In this document: positions 8,841-17,075 of the stretch, in pieces
Layout of the letters: each line of letters starts with the position of its first letter
How positions within the stretch are numbered: the first letter of the stretch is position 1
Position numbers and translations under genes: made by a program
From: Thermodesulfobacteriota bacterium
GTDB lineage: Bacteria > Desulfobacterota > WTBG01 > JAGOGO01
Length of the DNA stretch: 32,000 bases
NCBI GenBank assembly: GCA_026625185.1
Contig: CP113000.1
Coordinates: 1,965,622 to 1,997,621, forward strand
Direction of reading: 5' to 3'
The notes under the pieces: model-generated
What the model was told of the DNA's origin: nothing
The model's input: only the letters and a program-made list of their open reading frames with translations
The model's database searches: none

Positions 8841-8910
8841 TTAAACACTGTCCAAAAGCATATCATAATTCAACAAGTTAATGGTTAGCATTTTTACCTG
8901 GAGGTGCAGA

Positions 8911-10572
8911 ATGTTAAGACATTTAAAACTTTCTTATAAATTATATTTTTTAAGTATAGGGACAATACTTCTTTTTTCTTTTACGTTGATTGGTGTGTGT
9001 CAAAAGTACAAACAAAGCCTGTTTAAACTGGATTATAAAAAGATTGAAGGGTTCAATCAAGTTGCGTGGGGGGTGTTAGATTTTTACGCTAAACAGGCTA
9101 ACGCAAATCTCATGACCAAGGATGAAGCTCAAGCCAAAGCAAAAGATGCAATAAAAAACCTGAGCTACAAAGAAACAAATGGCTCCGGTGGATATTTCTT
9201 CATTCTTGATACTGAACCACGGATGATTTGGCATCCTATTGCTTCGTATCTTGGAAAAAATCTTGCGAACGATGTTGACCCGGATGGGAAAAGGCTTTTT
9301 GTTGAAATGGTAGACATTGCCAAAAGCAAGGGAGAGGGTTTTTTGGATTATCGTTGGCCCAAACCCGGTAGCACTGCGCCAGTTGAAAAAATTTCTGCTG
9401 TCAAGATGTTACCGGAATGGGGTTGGATAATCGGAACGGGAATTTACATTGACGACAGCAAAGCCCAAGCTAACCAAATAGCTGGTTCTTTTATTTGGAT
9501 ACTTATTGCGATAGTGATTATCGCACTCCTCGCGACGTTTTTTATAGTCCGATCTATTACCCACCCAATTCAAGAAGTAATCACGTCCCTCACCAGCAGT
9601 GCTGAGGAGGTGGCATCAGCTTCTGGCCAAATATCCCAGGCAAGCCAGCAGCTCGCGGAGAGCTCCAATGAACAAGCCGCTTCCATAGAAGAGACCGCTT
9701 CATCTTTAGAAGAGATGTCTTCGATCACAAAGAAGAATGCGGAGAGCACAAAACTTGCGAGCCATTCGGCGGCTGATCTTATGGACTCCTTGGCAAAAGG
9801 AAAAGACGCCATGGCACGGATGTCCAACACGATTGCCCAGATCCAACAATCTTCAGATCAAACAACGAAAGTTATAAAAACTATCGAAGAAATCGCCTTT
9901 CAGACAAATTTGTTAGCTCTAAATGCAGCAGTGGAAGCGGCACGAGCGGGAGAATCCGGCCGGGGGTTCAGCGTGGTAGCCGAAGAAGTCCGCAACTTGG
10001 CTCGACGGTGTTCAGAAGAAGCCAAAAATACCGCTGCCTTCATTGAAGAATCTGTTAAGAATGCGCAAAGTGGGGTTCAGGTGTGCGGTGAAGTTGCAAA
10101 GATATTAAATAAAGTCGCTTTAGGAATAGAAAAAATGGCCCAGATGTCAGGAGAACTTTCCGCAGCGAGCGACGAGCAGGCCCGCGGCATCGAACAGATA
10201 AACGTTGCGGTTACTGAGATGGACAAAATCACCCAGGGTAATGCTGCAAATGCGGAAGAGTCAGCCTCATCAAGCGAACAACTTTCGGCTCAGTCGGAGG
10301 TGCTTTTTGGCTTTATAGAAGTTTTGATTGAATTGGTGAATGGAAATAAAAATAGACAGTTGAATCGTGGGGAGGCAGAAAAAATAGGTGGCATCAGCCC
10401 AGTGGGTACAAAGAAAAAAGACCTAAAGCCCCTCCCAAATGATATTAAGGGATTACCAGGCCGTAAACAAACGCACCCAAAAACACCAATGCTAATCCCA
10501 CTCCGGGAACCAAAGATCGCCAGGCCGGAACAACTTATCCCTTTGGAAGATAGTGATCTTAAGGAGTTCTGA
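8911..10572 (+). CDS. Methyl-accepting chemotaxis protein with a periplasmic sCache_2-like sensor and a long Pro/Lys-rich C-terminal tail
   Basis: The start at 8911 is preferred (GGAGG sits 6 nt upstream); the track start at 8881 lacks an SD. TM1 is [13 protein letters not shown]. Cache-like region: [17 protein letters not shown]...[14 protein letters not shown]...[15 protein letters not shown]2 follows. The signalling hairpin is [39 protein letters not shown] saw no obvious HAMP domain. Confidence 0.9.
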   Translation: MLRHLKLSYKLYFLSIGTILLFSFTLIGVCQKYKQSLFKLDYKKIEGFNQVAWGVLDFYAKQANANLMTKDEAQAKAKDAIKNLSYKETNGSGGYFFILDTEPRMIWHPIASYLGKNLANDVDPDGKRLFVEMVDIAKSKGEGFLDYRWPKPGSTAPVEKISAVKMLPEWGWIIGTGIYIDDSKAQANQIAGSFIWILIAIVIIALLATFFIVRSITHPIQEVITSLTSSAEEVASASGQISQASQQLAESSNEQAASIEETASSLEEMSSITKKNAESTKLASHSAADLMDSLAKGKDAMARMSNTIAQIQQSSDQTTKVIKTIEEIAFQTNLLALNAAVEAARAGESGRGFSVVAEEVRNLARRCSEEAKNTAAFIEESVKNAQSGVQVCGEVAKILNKVALGIEKMAQMSGELSAASDEQARGIEQINVAVTEMDKITQGNAANAEESASSSEQLSAQSEVLFGFIEVLIELVNGNKNRQLNRGEAEKIGGISPVGTKKKDLKPLPNDIKGLPGRKQTHPKTPMLIPLREPKIARPEQLIPLEDSDLKEF

Positions 10573-10745
10573 TAGAATACATTTACACCTCCTATCTATA
10601 TAGGAATTGTTCGACGCATCATGATTACCAAGATTTTTTAAGTATATGGCACCATCAAGTTCAAAATAAGTTATTTGAATTGCATTAGAAATATTTTAAA
10701 AAGAACAAAACAAGGGTGGGTTTAATAAGAAAAGGGGAGGAAAAA

Positions 10746-11111
10746 ATGAAGGTAATTGTGGTGGATGATTCATTGGTGATGAGAAAAATCATTGTCAATG
10801 TGGTTGAATCTTTAGGCTATGAAGGTGTTCATGCGACCAATGGAAAAAACTTATTAGAAATCTTGGAACACTGTGGTGGAGAAGTCGGGCTAGTCTTGCT
10901 TGATTGGAATATGCCGGGGATAAACGGAATTGAAGCTCTTAAAACTATGCAGAAAGACAGTCGCTTTCGTGCCATTCCGGTGTTCATGATTTCTACTGAA
11001 TCAGAAGATGCAAAAGTTGGAGAAGCTTTAAAAACAGGAGCAAAAGGCTATTTAGCAAAGCCCTTTACTCCAGAAGAGCTGGCGGCAAAAATAAAGGATA
11101 TTTTGGGGTAG
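10746..11111 (+). CDS. cheY: CheY-like single-domain response regulator
   Basis: The start at 10746 (MKVIVVDDS) has GGGGAGG 7 nt upstream. Canonical residues are present: DD (VVDDS), the acceptor Asp (LVLLDWNMPGING), Thr/Ser (FMISTES) and Lys (LAKPF). Confidence 0.9.
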   Translation: MKVIVVDDSLVMRKIIVNVVESLGYEGVHATNGKNLLEILEHCGGEVGLVLLDWNMPGINGIEALKTMQKDSRFRAIPVFMISTESEDAKVGEALKTGAKGYLAKPFTPEELAAKIKDILG

Positions 11112-11170
11112 CCAGTACTTACTGACGGTGGTATGGAACTTCAAGAAGTCCACTCTAACGCGGAGATTTT

Positions 11171-12022
11171 ATGAACAAAATAATTCTATATGACTGCAGT
11201 CAGGAAGTGACTGACATGGTTAACAATCTCTTTGGGAAAAAGGTAGCCATTGAAAATTCTTCCTTTGATGCTCAGAGGCCTCTTCAAGAATTCCGCATGG
11301 TTATTGTTGAGACCGGCAGTAAAAAAACCGAGCAGTTATTGCAAGAGATCAAAGCATTACGATATGCCTGTAACTTTAGAAACATTCCCATTATTGTGAT
11401 GAAAAAAAAAGGCGACACCTACCCTAACAACCCTTATCTTATGGCTGGCGCTACTGAAATTTTGTCTTGGGAAGCCCCGCCCTTAGCTTGTCGACAGATC
11501 CTCCAGGGGTATCTGATCCCGAACCGGAAACCGTTAGATCAAGAGATGGAATACCTTACCCCTTTTATTGACAGCACTAAACATATTTTGAAGACCATGA
11601 CTTCGATGGATGCTGAATATAAAGAACTATATTTTCCCAGTGACTTTCGAATATTTGGAGATGTTTCAGGGATCGTCGGGTTATCCGGAAAAGCAGAAGG
11701 GAATGCGGTAATTACTTTTTGTTGGGATTTGGCCCGAAAAGTTATTTCTCACATGATGCGTGTGACCGAAGATCAAATCAATGCTGAGTTTATTCACGAT
11801 GGGGTGGGGGAGCTGATAAATATGATCAGCGGATTTGCGAAAAAGTCTTTTGTTGGGAAGCCCTATCATTTTGAACTTTCAATACCCACTGTGGTGATGG
11901 GATCAGGCCATCAAATTGGGCATCCTGAAGAGGCAAGCATCGCTTTACTTATCTTTGATGTTGAAAAAAATTCCTTCGCCTTGCAGGTGTGCCTTAAACT
12001 TAAAATAGAAAAAGGCAATTAA
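11171..12022 (+). CDS. Degenerate receiver-like N-domain fused to a CheX/CheC-family phosphatase domain
   Basis: 283 aa. The C-terminal half carries the CheC/CheX/FliY signature D-x3-E-x2-N followed by Pro about 22 residues later (DGVGELINMISGFAKKSFVGKPYHFELSIP), plus GIVGLSGKAEGNAVITF. In the N-terminal ~115 aa, IILYDCS...MVIVETGSKK...PIIVMKKK resembles a receiver with Glu at the acceptor position and other conserved residues lost. Confidence 0.7.
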   Translation: MNKIILYDCSQEVTDMVNNLFGKKVAIENSSFDAQRPLQEFRMVIVETGSKKTEQLLQEIKALRYACNFRNIPIIVMKKKGDTYPNNPYLMAGATEILSWEAPPLACRQILQGYLIPNRKPLDQEMEYLTPFIDSTKHILKTMTSMDAEYKELYFPSDFRIFGDVSGIVGLSGKAEGNAVITFCWDLARKVISHMMRVTEDQINAEFIHDGVGELINMISGFAKKSFVGKPYHFELSIPTVVMGSGHQIGHPEEASIALLIFDVEKNSFALQVCLKLKIEKGN

Positions 12023-12024
12023 CT

Positions 12025-12058
12025 GGTACCATGTAAAAAAGGGTACAATGTAAAAAAG
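12025..12058 (+). repeat. Tandem 17-bp direct repeat just after the cheX-fusion stop
   Basis: GGTACCATGTAAAAAAG (12025-12041) is immediately followed by GGTACAATGTAAAAAAG (12042-12058), 16/17 identical. Confidence 0.8.
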
Positions 12059-12259
12059 TTTTGTTTTCCGGATTTTGCCCACCAGTAATCCAGGTGGGAA
12101 AATGGGCGAGTTTTCTATCGGTAATTTCCTCTTGCCGATTGAATAAACAGTCAGATGCAGGTAAGAAAAAATTCTTTGAAAAGGGGATTGCGCCATTCAC
12201 GGTGGACTGGCAGCTTTATCCTCCATGACTGGGAATGTAAAATTGAACGATAAACAACC

Positions 12260-14089
12260 ATGAGCGAAAAAAATGAAATCCTTTTAATTAACCGTGACAA
12301 AGGGTTTCTGGAGGACATGGCCGGGTCTCTCCGTCAAGCGGAATTTAAAGTTCATACCGCTTTTGGGATGCACGAAGCCTTGTTGGCCCTTACTTTTTAT
12401 CCCGTGGGTTTAATACTTTGTGATAATGTTTTACAGGATGTTACGGGATACGATTTTTTAAGGTTTTTAAAAAATGACCCGCTAAGGGACTCGGTCCCCT
12501 TTGTATTTTTTGTGCCCATCAATGACCAGGGACACGCTTTTAAAGCTTTTGAATTGGGAGCAGATGATTTTTTAGTGTACCCCATGGAAGTAGAGGATTT
12601 TGTCAGCCGGATAAAGGAAATAATGGCGCTCCAGTATCCTGCTGCAAAGGAAATTCCTGTTGATGGGTCCGGCAAAGCCTCTCCACTGTTACCCGCTGAT
12701 ACAACAACACCTCCGCAGGAACGACGTCGGGCCAAAAGGAAGCAGCCCTTGCCTAATCTAAAGGTCTCTCTTTCCAGGGATGAAATTCTTTGGATGCCGG
12801 GGAGAATAAAAAATTTTAGCCTCGATGGCATGTTAGTGATTACCTCTTTGCTGGGAAAGCCGGGGGTTTCACTTATAGTGAAGTTTTCACTGCCTCAAGG
12901 AGTTGTCACCATCAAGGGACACATTAAACATGTTGCTTTTGATGATTTTCGGCAACCAGTGGGCCTAGGGGTAACCTTTCCGGAAAATTCAGCGTGGCGC
13001 GAGATCAATGATTATTTTACTTCCCTTATTAACTCGGCAGACCCTGGAACCTCAAAAAAAGAATCTTGTGAACAACAAACACCTTCTCCTCCTCAGTGGA
13101 CAGGAGCCGGAAAAACAGTCTTTCTCCCTTACCAAGGATCGGAAGGAGAGGATTTCCTCCTGTCAGACAGTGCTCCGAGAACCGAAGAAGAAACGTATGA
13201 ATCCCGATTCTATCATAGCTTGGTGGGCAAGCAGCTCGGTTCCTATAAAGCAGTGTGTTTCATTGGCTCAGGCAGCATGGGGGGGGTTTTCAAAGGTTGG
13301 GATTCTGCTCTGGAGCGGGAGGTGGCGCTCAAAGTAATTTCTTTTGAGCTATCTTCCCAAGAGACTTTTCGGGAAATGTTCATTAAAGAAGCCCGATTGA
13401 TCTCCAAGCTCGACCATCCCAATATTGCACACATCTATTCCATTGGAGACACTGACGGCATTCTTTTTTTTGCGATGGAATTAATCGCCGGGGAAACTTT
13501 GTCGGATTTGATAATAGAACATGGCAACCTTAACACATTAAAGGGCTTGGATTATTTGTTAACGGTGTGTCAAACCTTAGACTTTGTTAGGCAAAAGAAT
13601 ATAATCCACCGCGATATAAAGCCGGAAAATATTGTTATCAATGACAAAGGGGTTTTAAAGATCGTTGATTTTGGAGTAGCCAAAAAAATTGATGTTAATG
13701 CCCCCGGAGAGATGCCGGAAGGTATCGTGGGGTCACCTCTTTATATCTCTCCTGAGTCAATTTCCGGCCACGTTATTGATCATCGCAGTGATATTTATTC
13801 TTTGGGCGCTACCTTTTACCATGTGTTTACCGGCTACCCCCCTTTTGAAGGTGATGATGCTAAAACCATTCTCCTTCACCACCTCAACAGCAAGTCCAGA
13901 CCCCTTAAGGAAAGAAACCCAAAGGTCTCTGTTTTTCTCTCCCGGGTTATTGAAAAGATGATGGCAAAAGACCCTCAGGAACGGTACCAAAACTACAAAA
14001 CCATTGTTCAGGAGTTACAGTCTTTCCGTTCAATGGTTATCCAAGCCAAAAAAAAGAAAAATAGTTTTTTACCCGGCACGGGGCAATAA
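12260..14089 (+). CDS. Atypical receiver - PilZ - Hanks-type Ser/Thr protein kinase fusion
   Basis: 609 aa.
- REC-like region: LILCDNVLQDVTGYDFLRFLK has the acceptor Asp, but the conserved Lys is replaced (FLVYPM).
- PilZ motifs: RRAKR (the RxxxR type, from nt 12722) and NFSLDG (the D/NxSxxG type).
- Kinase motifs: GSGSMGGVFKG, VALKV, HRDIKPENIV, DFGVAK, GSPLYISPE.
- The SD before 12260 is weak, so the start is less certain. Confidence 0.85.
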   Translation: MSEKNEILLINRDKGFLEDMAGSLRQAEFKVHTAFGMHEALLALTFYPVGLILCDNVLQDVTGYDFLRFLKNDPLRDSVPFVFFVPINDQGHAFKAFELGADDFLVYPMEVEDFVSRIKEIMALQYPAAKEIPVDGSGKASPLLPADTTTPPQERRRAKRKQPLPNLKVSLSRDEILWMPGRIKNFSLDGMLVITSLLGKPGVSLIVKFSLPQGVVTIKGHIKHVAFDDFRQPVGLGVTFPENSAWREINDYFTSLINSADPGTSKKESCEQQTPSPPQWTGAGKTVFLPYQGSEGEDFLLSDSAPRTEEETYESRFYHSLVGKQLGSYKAVCFIGSGSMGGVFKGWDSALEREVALKVISFELSSQETFREMFIKEARLISKLDHPNIAHIYSIGDTDGILFFAMELIAGETLSDLIIEHGNLNTLKGLDYLLTVCQTLDFVRQKNIIHRDIKPENIVINDKGVLKIVDFGVAKKIDVNAPGEMPEGIVGSPLYISPESISGHVIDHRSDIYSLGATFYHVFTGYPPFEGDDAKTILLHHLNSKSRPLKERNPKVSVFLSRVIEKMMAKDPQERYQNYKTIVQELQSFRSMVIQAKKKKNSFLPGTGQ

Positions 14090-14157
14090 TGACATGGGGA
14101 GGTTTGAAGAGTTGAAATTATGAGTGAGGAGATTATTACGAAAAGGAAAAGTTAATA

Positions 14158-16422
14158 ATGGCCCTGGACAATAAAACAATCAAGGAAGAAGGTTTTTCCC
14201 CGATGAATTATTCGGAGGACATGTTGGTTCATTCTGTTGATGATTTGGCAACGGCTCTTATCCAACTTGAACCATATGATAGTTCAGGCATCAGCCATTT
14301 TCGGGAATCGCTTAAAGAGGTTATGGAGAATGGATCATTTTCTGAACCAGTGAAAAAAAAATTAAAGGAAGCATTAGGGAAAATCGAAAGAGTGATAGAG
14401 GGAAAATCTTCTGCCACTGAAGCTGCTTTAATCGAGACCGGTAAAATCATTGAAGAAGTGATGCAGGAAATGGCCCCGCAAGAGTTTGCCTCTGCGCCCA
14501 AAAGCTTTGTTTCCGAAGAGGAAGTCGAGGCTTTAGAAAAAAAAGAACTCAAGTATTTTTCCAACGATGCCGACCATAGCCTTATAAAAGAATTTATTGT
14601 TGAAAGCATGGAGTTAATTACCTGGGCGGAAGAGGCTTTGCTTACCTTAGAAAATGATCCTGATGATGGCGAGGCAATTGCCACTGTTTTCCGCGCTTTT
14701 CATACCATCAAGGGGACTTCTTCTTTTCTTGAGCTAAAAATTGTATCCGAACTTGCTCACCACACCGAGTCACTGTTTAGCCAAGTTCGAGAAGGTTCAA
14801 TCCGCTACGGAGGTGGTTATGCTGAGGTTGCGCTTTATTCGGTGGACATGATCAAAGAAGTTATCCGTTTGGTAGAAGAAGCCTTGCGGGGGAAGCCCTT
14901 GTTAAAACCACCAGGATACAATGAACTCATCCATCTGCTCCAACATCCCGAACAAGCCTGCGCTTTGAGAGGGGTGGAAGAAATAACTCCCCCTTCAGCT
15001 CGACTAGGTGATATCTTGGTTTCTCAGGGAGTGGTGAAACGTGAAGAATTAGAAGAAGCGGCACAAAAGAAAGGCGATAAACCTTTAGGGGTGGAACTTT
15101 TAAAATTAAAAACAGTGTCAATAAAAGACGTTGCCAGAGCCCTTCGAACACAAAAGCGGATGCAAGGAGTCACTCCAGAGCTTGAATCGTCGGTACGAGT
15201 TAGAACTGACCGACTTGATAAATTAATTGATATGGTTGGGGAAATGGTCATCGCTCACTCGATGGTTACTCAGGACAGTATGAAGATGGGAGAGGACTAT
15301 TATGAATTTCAGCAAAGGGTTTCCCACACGGGTAAGATTGTTCGGGAACTTCAGGACTTGAGCATGTCGATTCGGATGGTTCCCCTTAAATCAATCTTCC
15401 AGAGAATGACTCGACTGGTCCGTGATCTTGCGAATAAATCGGGGAAGCACATAAATTTTTTAACATTTGGTGAGGAAACTGAGGTTGACCGCAACATGGT
15501 TGATCTTGTCGCCGATCCTCTGATGCACATGGTGCGAAATTCAGTAGACCACGGCATAGAATTTCCCGAAGAGCGGGAAAAGAACGGGAAATTTCGCGAG
15601 GGAACAATAAAACTTTCTGCTTATCATTCGGCAGGCAATGTAGTGATAGAAATAGAGGATGACGGGCGAGGTCTTGACCGAGATGTCATTTTTGCGCGGG
15701 CCCGGGAGAAAGGGCTTATTAGTGACGTAAGCTTACATACAGAACGGGATATTCTCAACCTGATCTTTGAGCCGGGATTTTCCACTGCCGACAAGGTTAC
15801 TGATATTTCCGGCCGGGGTGTGGGTCTGGATGTGGTAAAAAAGAACATTACCGCTCTGCGAGGCAAGATTGAGGTCCAGTCAAATGCCGGAAAGGGTTGT
15901 GTCTTTAAAGTTCGGGCACCGCTTACCCTCGCTATTATTGATGGGATGATTATTCGCGCAGGCAAAGAACGATACGTCATTCCTACCGTTTCGATCGTGA
16001 AAGCGTTACAGCCTCAAGAGAAAGATCTCAGCACGGTGCTTAAAAAAGGAGAAATGCTTTTCTTGCAAGGGAAATTCATTCCGCTGTTACGATTAGGTGA
16101 CCTTTTTGATATTGAAGATGCTCAGTCGGAACCCACGCAGGCCATTGTTGTTGTGGTTGAAGATAATGAACGGCATACGGGAATTGTGGTGGATGAACTT
16201 CTTGGACAACAGCAGATTGTTATTAAGTCGTTGGGAGAGGCATTGAGAGATTTTCGGGGTGTTTCCGGAGGCGCGATTATGTCGGATGGACGGGTGGGAC
16301 TAATACTCGATGTAGGCGGGTTGGTCAAACTTGCTCACGCGGAGCAGGCAGAATGGGAGGATAGAAGGAGAGTGAAAGAAATTACAAAAATAGAAAAGGA
16401 GGATAAACATGAGTTATCATGA
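14158..16422 (+). CDS. cheA: CheA histidine kinase with an N-terminal extension and an MshEN-like insert in place of P2
   Basis: 754 aa. The Hpt motif is FRAFHTIKGTSSFL. Dimerisation region: VRVRTDRLDKLIDMVGEMVIAHS. HATPase motifs: HMVRNSVDHGIE, DDGRGLD, GRGVGLDVV. A C-terminal CheW-like domain is present. Residues 282-332 (nt 15001-15153) read RLGDILVSQGVVKREELEEAAQKK-GDK-PLGVELLKLKTVSIKDVARALRTQ. About 135 aa of unassigned acidic sequence precede Hpt. Confidence 0.9.
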   Translation: MALDNKTIKEEGFSPMNYSEDMLVHSVDDLATALIQLEPYDSSGISHFRESLKEVMENGSFSEPVKKKLKEALGKIERVIEGKSSATEAALIETGKIIEEVMQEMAPQEFASAPKSFVSEEEVEALEKKELKYFSNDADHSLIKEFIVESMELITWAEEALLTLENDPDDGEAIATVFRAFHTIKGTSSFLELKIVSELAHHTESLFSQVREGSIRYGGGYAEVALYSVDMIKEVIRLVEEALRGKPLLKPPGYNELIHLLQHPEQACALRGVEEITPPSARLGDILVSQGVVKREELEEAAQKKGDKPLGVELLKLKTVSIKDVARALRTQKRMQGVTPELESSVRVRTDRLDKLIDMVGEMVIAHSMVTQDSMKMGEDYYEFQQRVSHTGKIVRELQDLSMSIRMVPLKSIFQRMTRLVRDLANKSGKHINFLTFGEETEVDRNMVDLVADPLMHMVRNSVDHGIEFPEEREKNGKFREGTIKLSAYHSAGNVVIEIEDDGRGLDRDVIFARAREKGLISDVSLHTERDILNLIFEPGFSTADKVTDISGRGVGLDVVKKNITALRGKIEVQSNAGKGCVFKVRAPLTLAIIDGMIIRAGKERYVIPTVSIVKALQPQEKDLSTVLKKGEMLFLQGKFIPLLRLGDLFDIEDAQSEPTQAIVVVVEDNERHTGIVVDELLGQQQIVIKSLGEALRDFRGVSGGAIMSDGRVGLILDVGGLVKLAHAEQAEWEDRRRVKEITKIEKEDKHELS

Positions 16423-16942
16423 TGATGTTTCGCAGCTTGGTGGAATAAAGGGAGGGCTGGCAGATAAGGCGGAGAAGTACTTAACCTTTAACCTTGCGGC
16501 TGAAGAATATGGTATCGAAATTTTAAAAGTGCAGGAAATTATCGGACGCATGCCGGTAACCAAGGTTCCCCGCACCCCCCCTTTTATTCGAGGCGTAATC
16601 AATTTACGCGGCAAAGTGATTCCGGTATTTGATTTGAGATTGAAATTCGGCATGGAGATTAAAGAGGATACCCCTAGGACATCAATTATTGTTGTTAAAA
16701 TTAAACGCTCAGGACATCACATGACCATGGGTGTAATTGTGGATGATGTATATGAAGTCGTGGGTATTGAGGCAAAAGATATTGAGCCGACACCTGAGTT
16801 TGGCGCCAATATAGATACTGATTTTATTTTGGGGGTCGGAAAGATAAATCAGAAAGTCGTGATGCTTCTCGATGTCGATAAAGTTTTATCAGGGGGAGAA
16901 GTTACACTCGTTGATCAGGTTACCCACGTTCAAGAAAAATAA
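16409..16942 (+). CDS. cheW: CheW coupling protein
   Basis: 177 aa. YLTFNLAAEEYGIEILKVQEI...RGVINLRGKVIPVFDLR is the typical CheW pattern. AGGAGG lies 6 nt upstream, and the gene overlaps the cheA end by 14 nt. Confidence 0.9.
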   Translation: MSYHDDVSQLGGIKGGLADKAEKYLTFNLAAEEYGIEILKVQEIIGRMPVTKVPRTPPFIRGVINLRGKVIPVFDLRLKFGMEIKEDTPRTSIIVVKIKRSGHHMTMGVIVDDVYEVVGIEAKDIEPTPEFGANIDTDFILGVGKINQKVVMLLDVDKVLSGGEVTLVDQVTHVQEK

Positions 16943-17075
16943 ATTAAAGGCTTGCTTCTTCACGCCCGGTAAAGGGGAAAAATGATTTTGACCGGATGAA
17001 GAAAGATCAAAGAGATCAGAAATGAAAAACTTTTTTAGGTTTTAAAAAAGTTATCCTTTATCGTAAGAGGCATTT

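Noticed and set aside
8881-8910. The track start (ATG 8881) for the MCP
   Set aside because: It has no Shine-Dalgarno, whereas ATG 8911 has GGAGG at 6 nt. The extra 10 residues would precede the signal/TM segment.
10647-10652. A perfect TGGCAC hexamer between the mcp and cheY genes, as a second sigma-54 promoter
   Set aside because: There is no TTGC-type -12 element at the required spacing. GG-N10 is followed by TT, not GC.
11945-12200. Minus-strand ORFs 11945-12196 and 12000-12200
   Set aside because: They overlap the end of the cheX-fusion gene and the repeat/hairpin gap. They have no SD and give hydrophobic, low-complexity translations with no motifs.
12023-12259. A c-di-GMP (GEMM) riboswitch in the intra-operon gap
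   Set aside because: I could not recognise the conserved GEMM-I/II sequence features by eye. An Infernal/Rfam scan is needed for a definitive answer.
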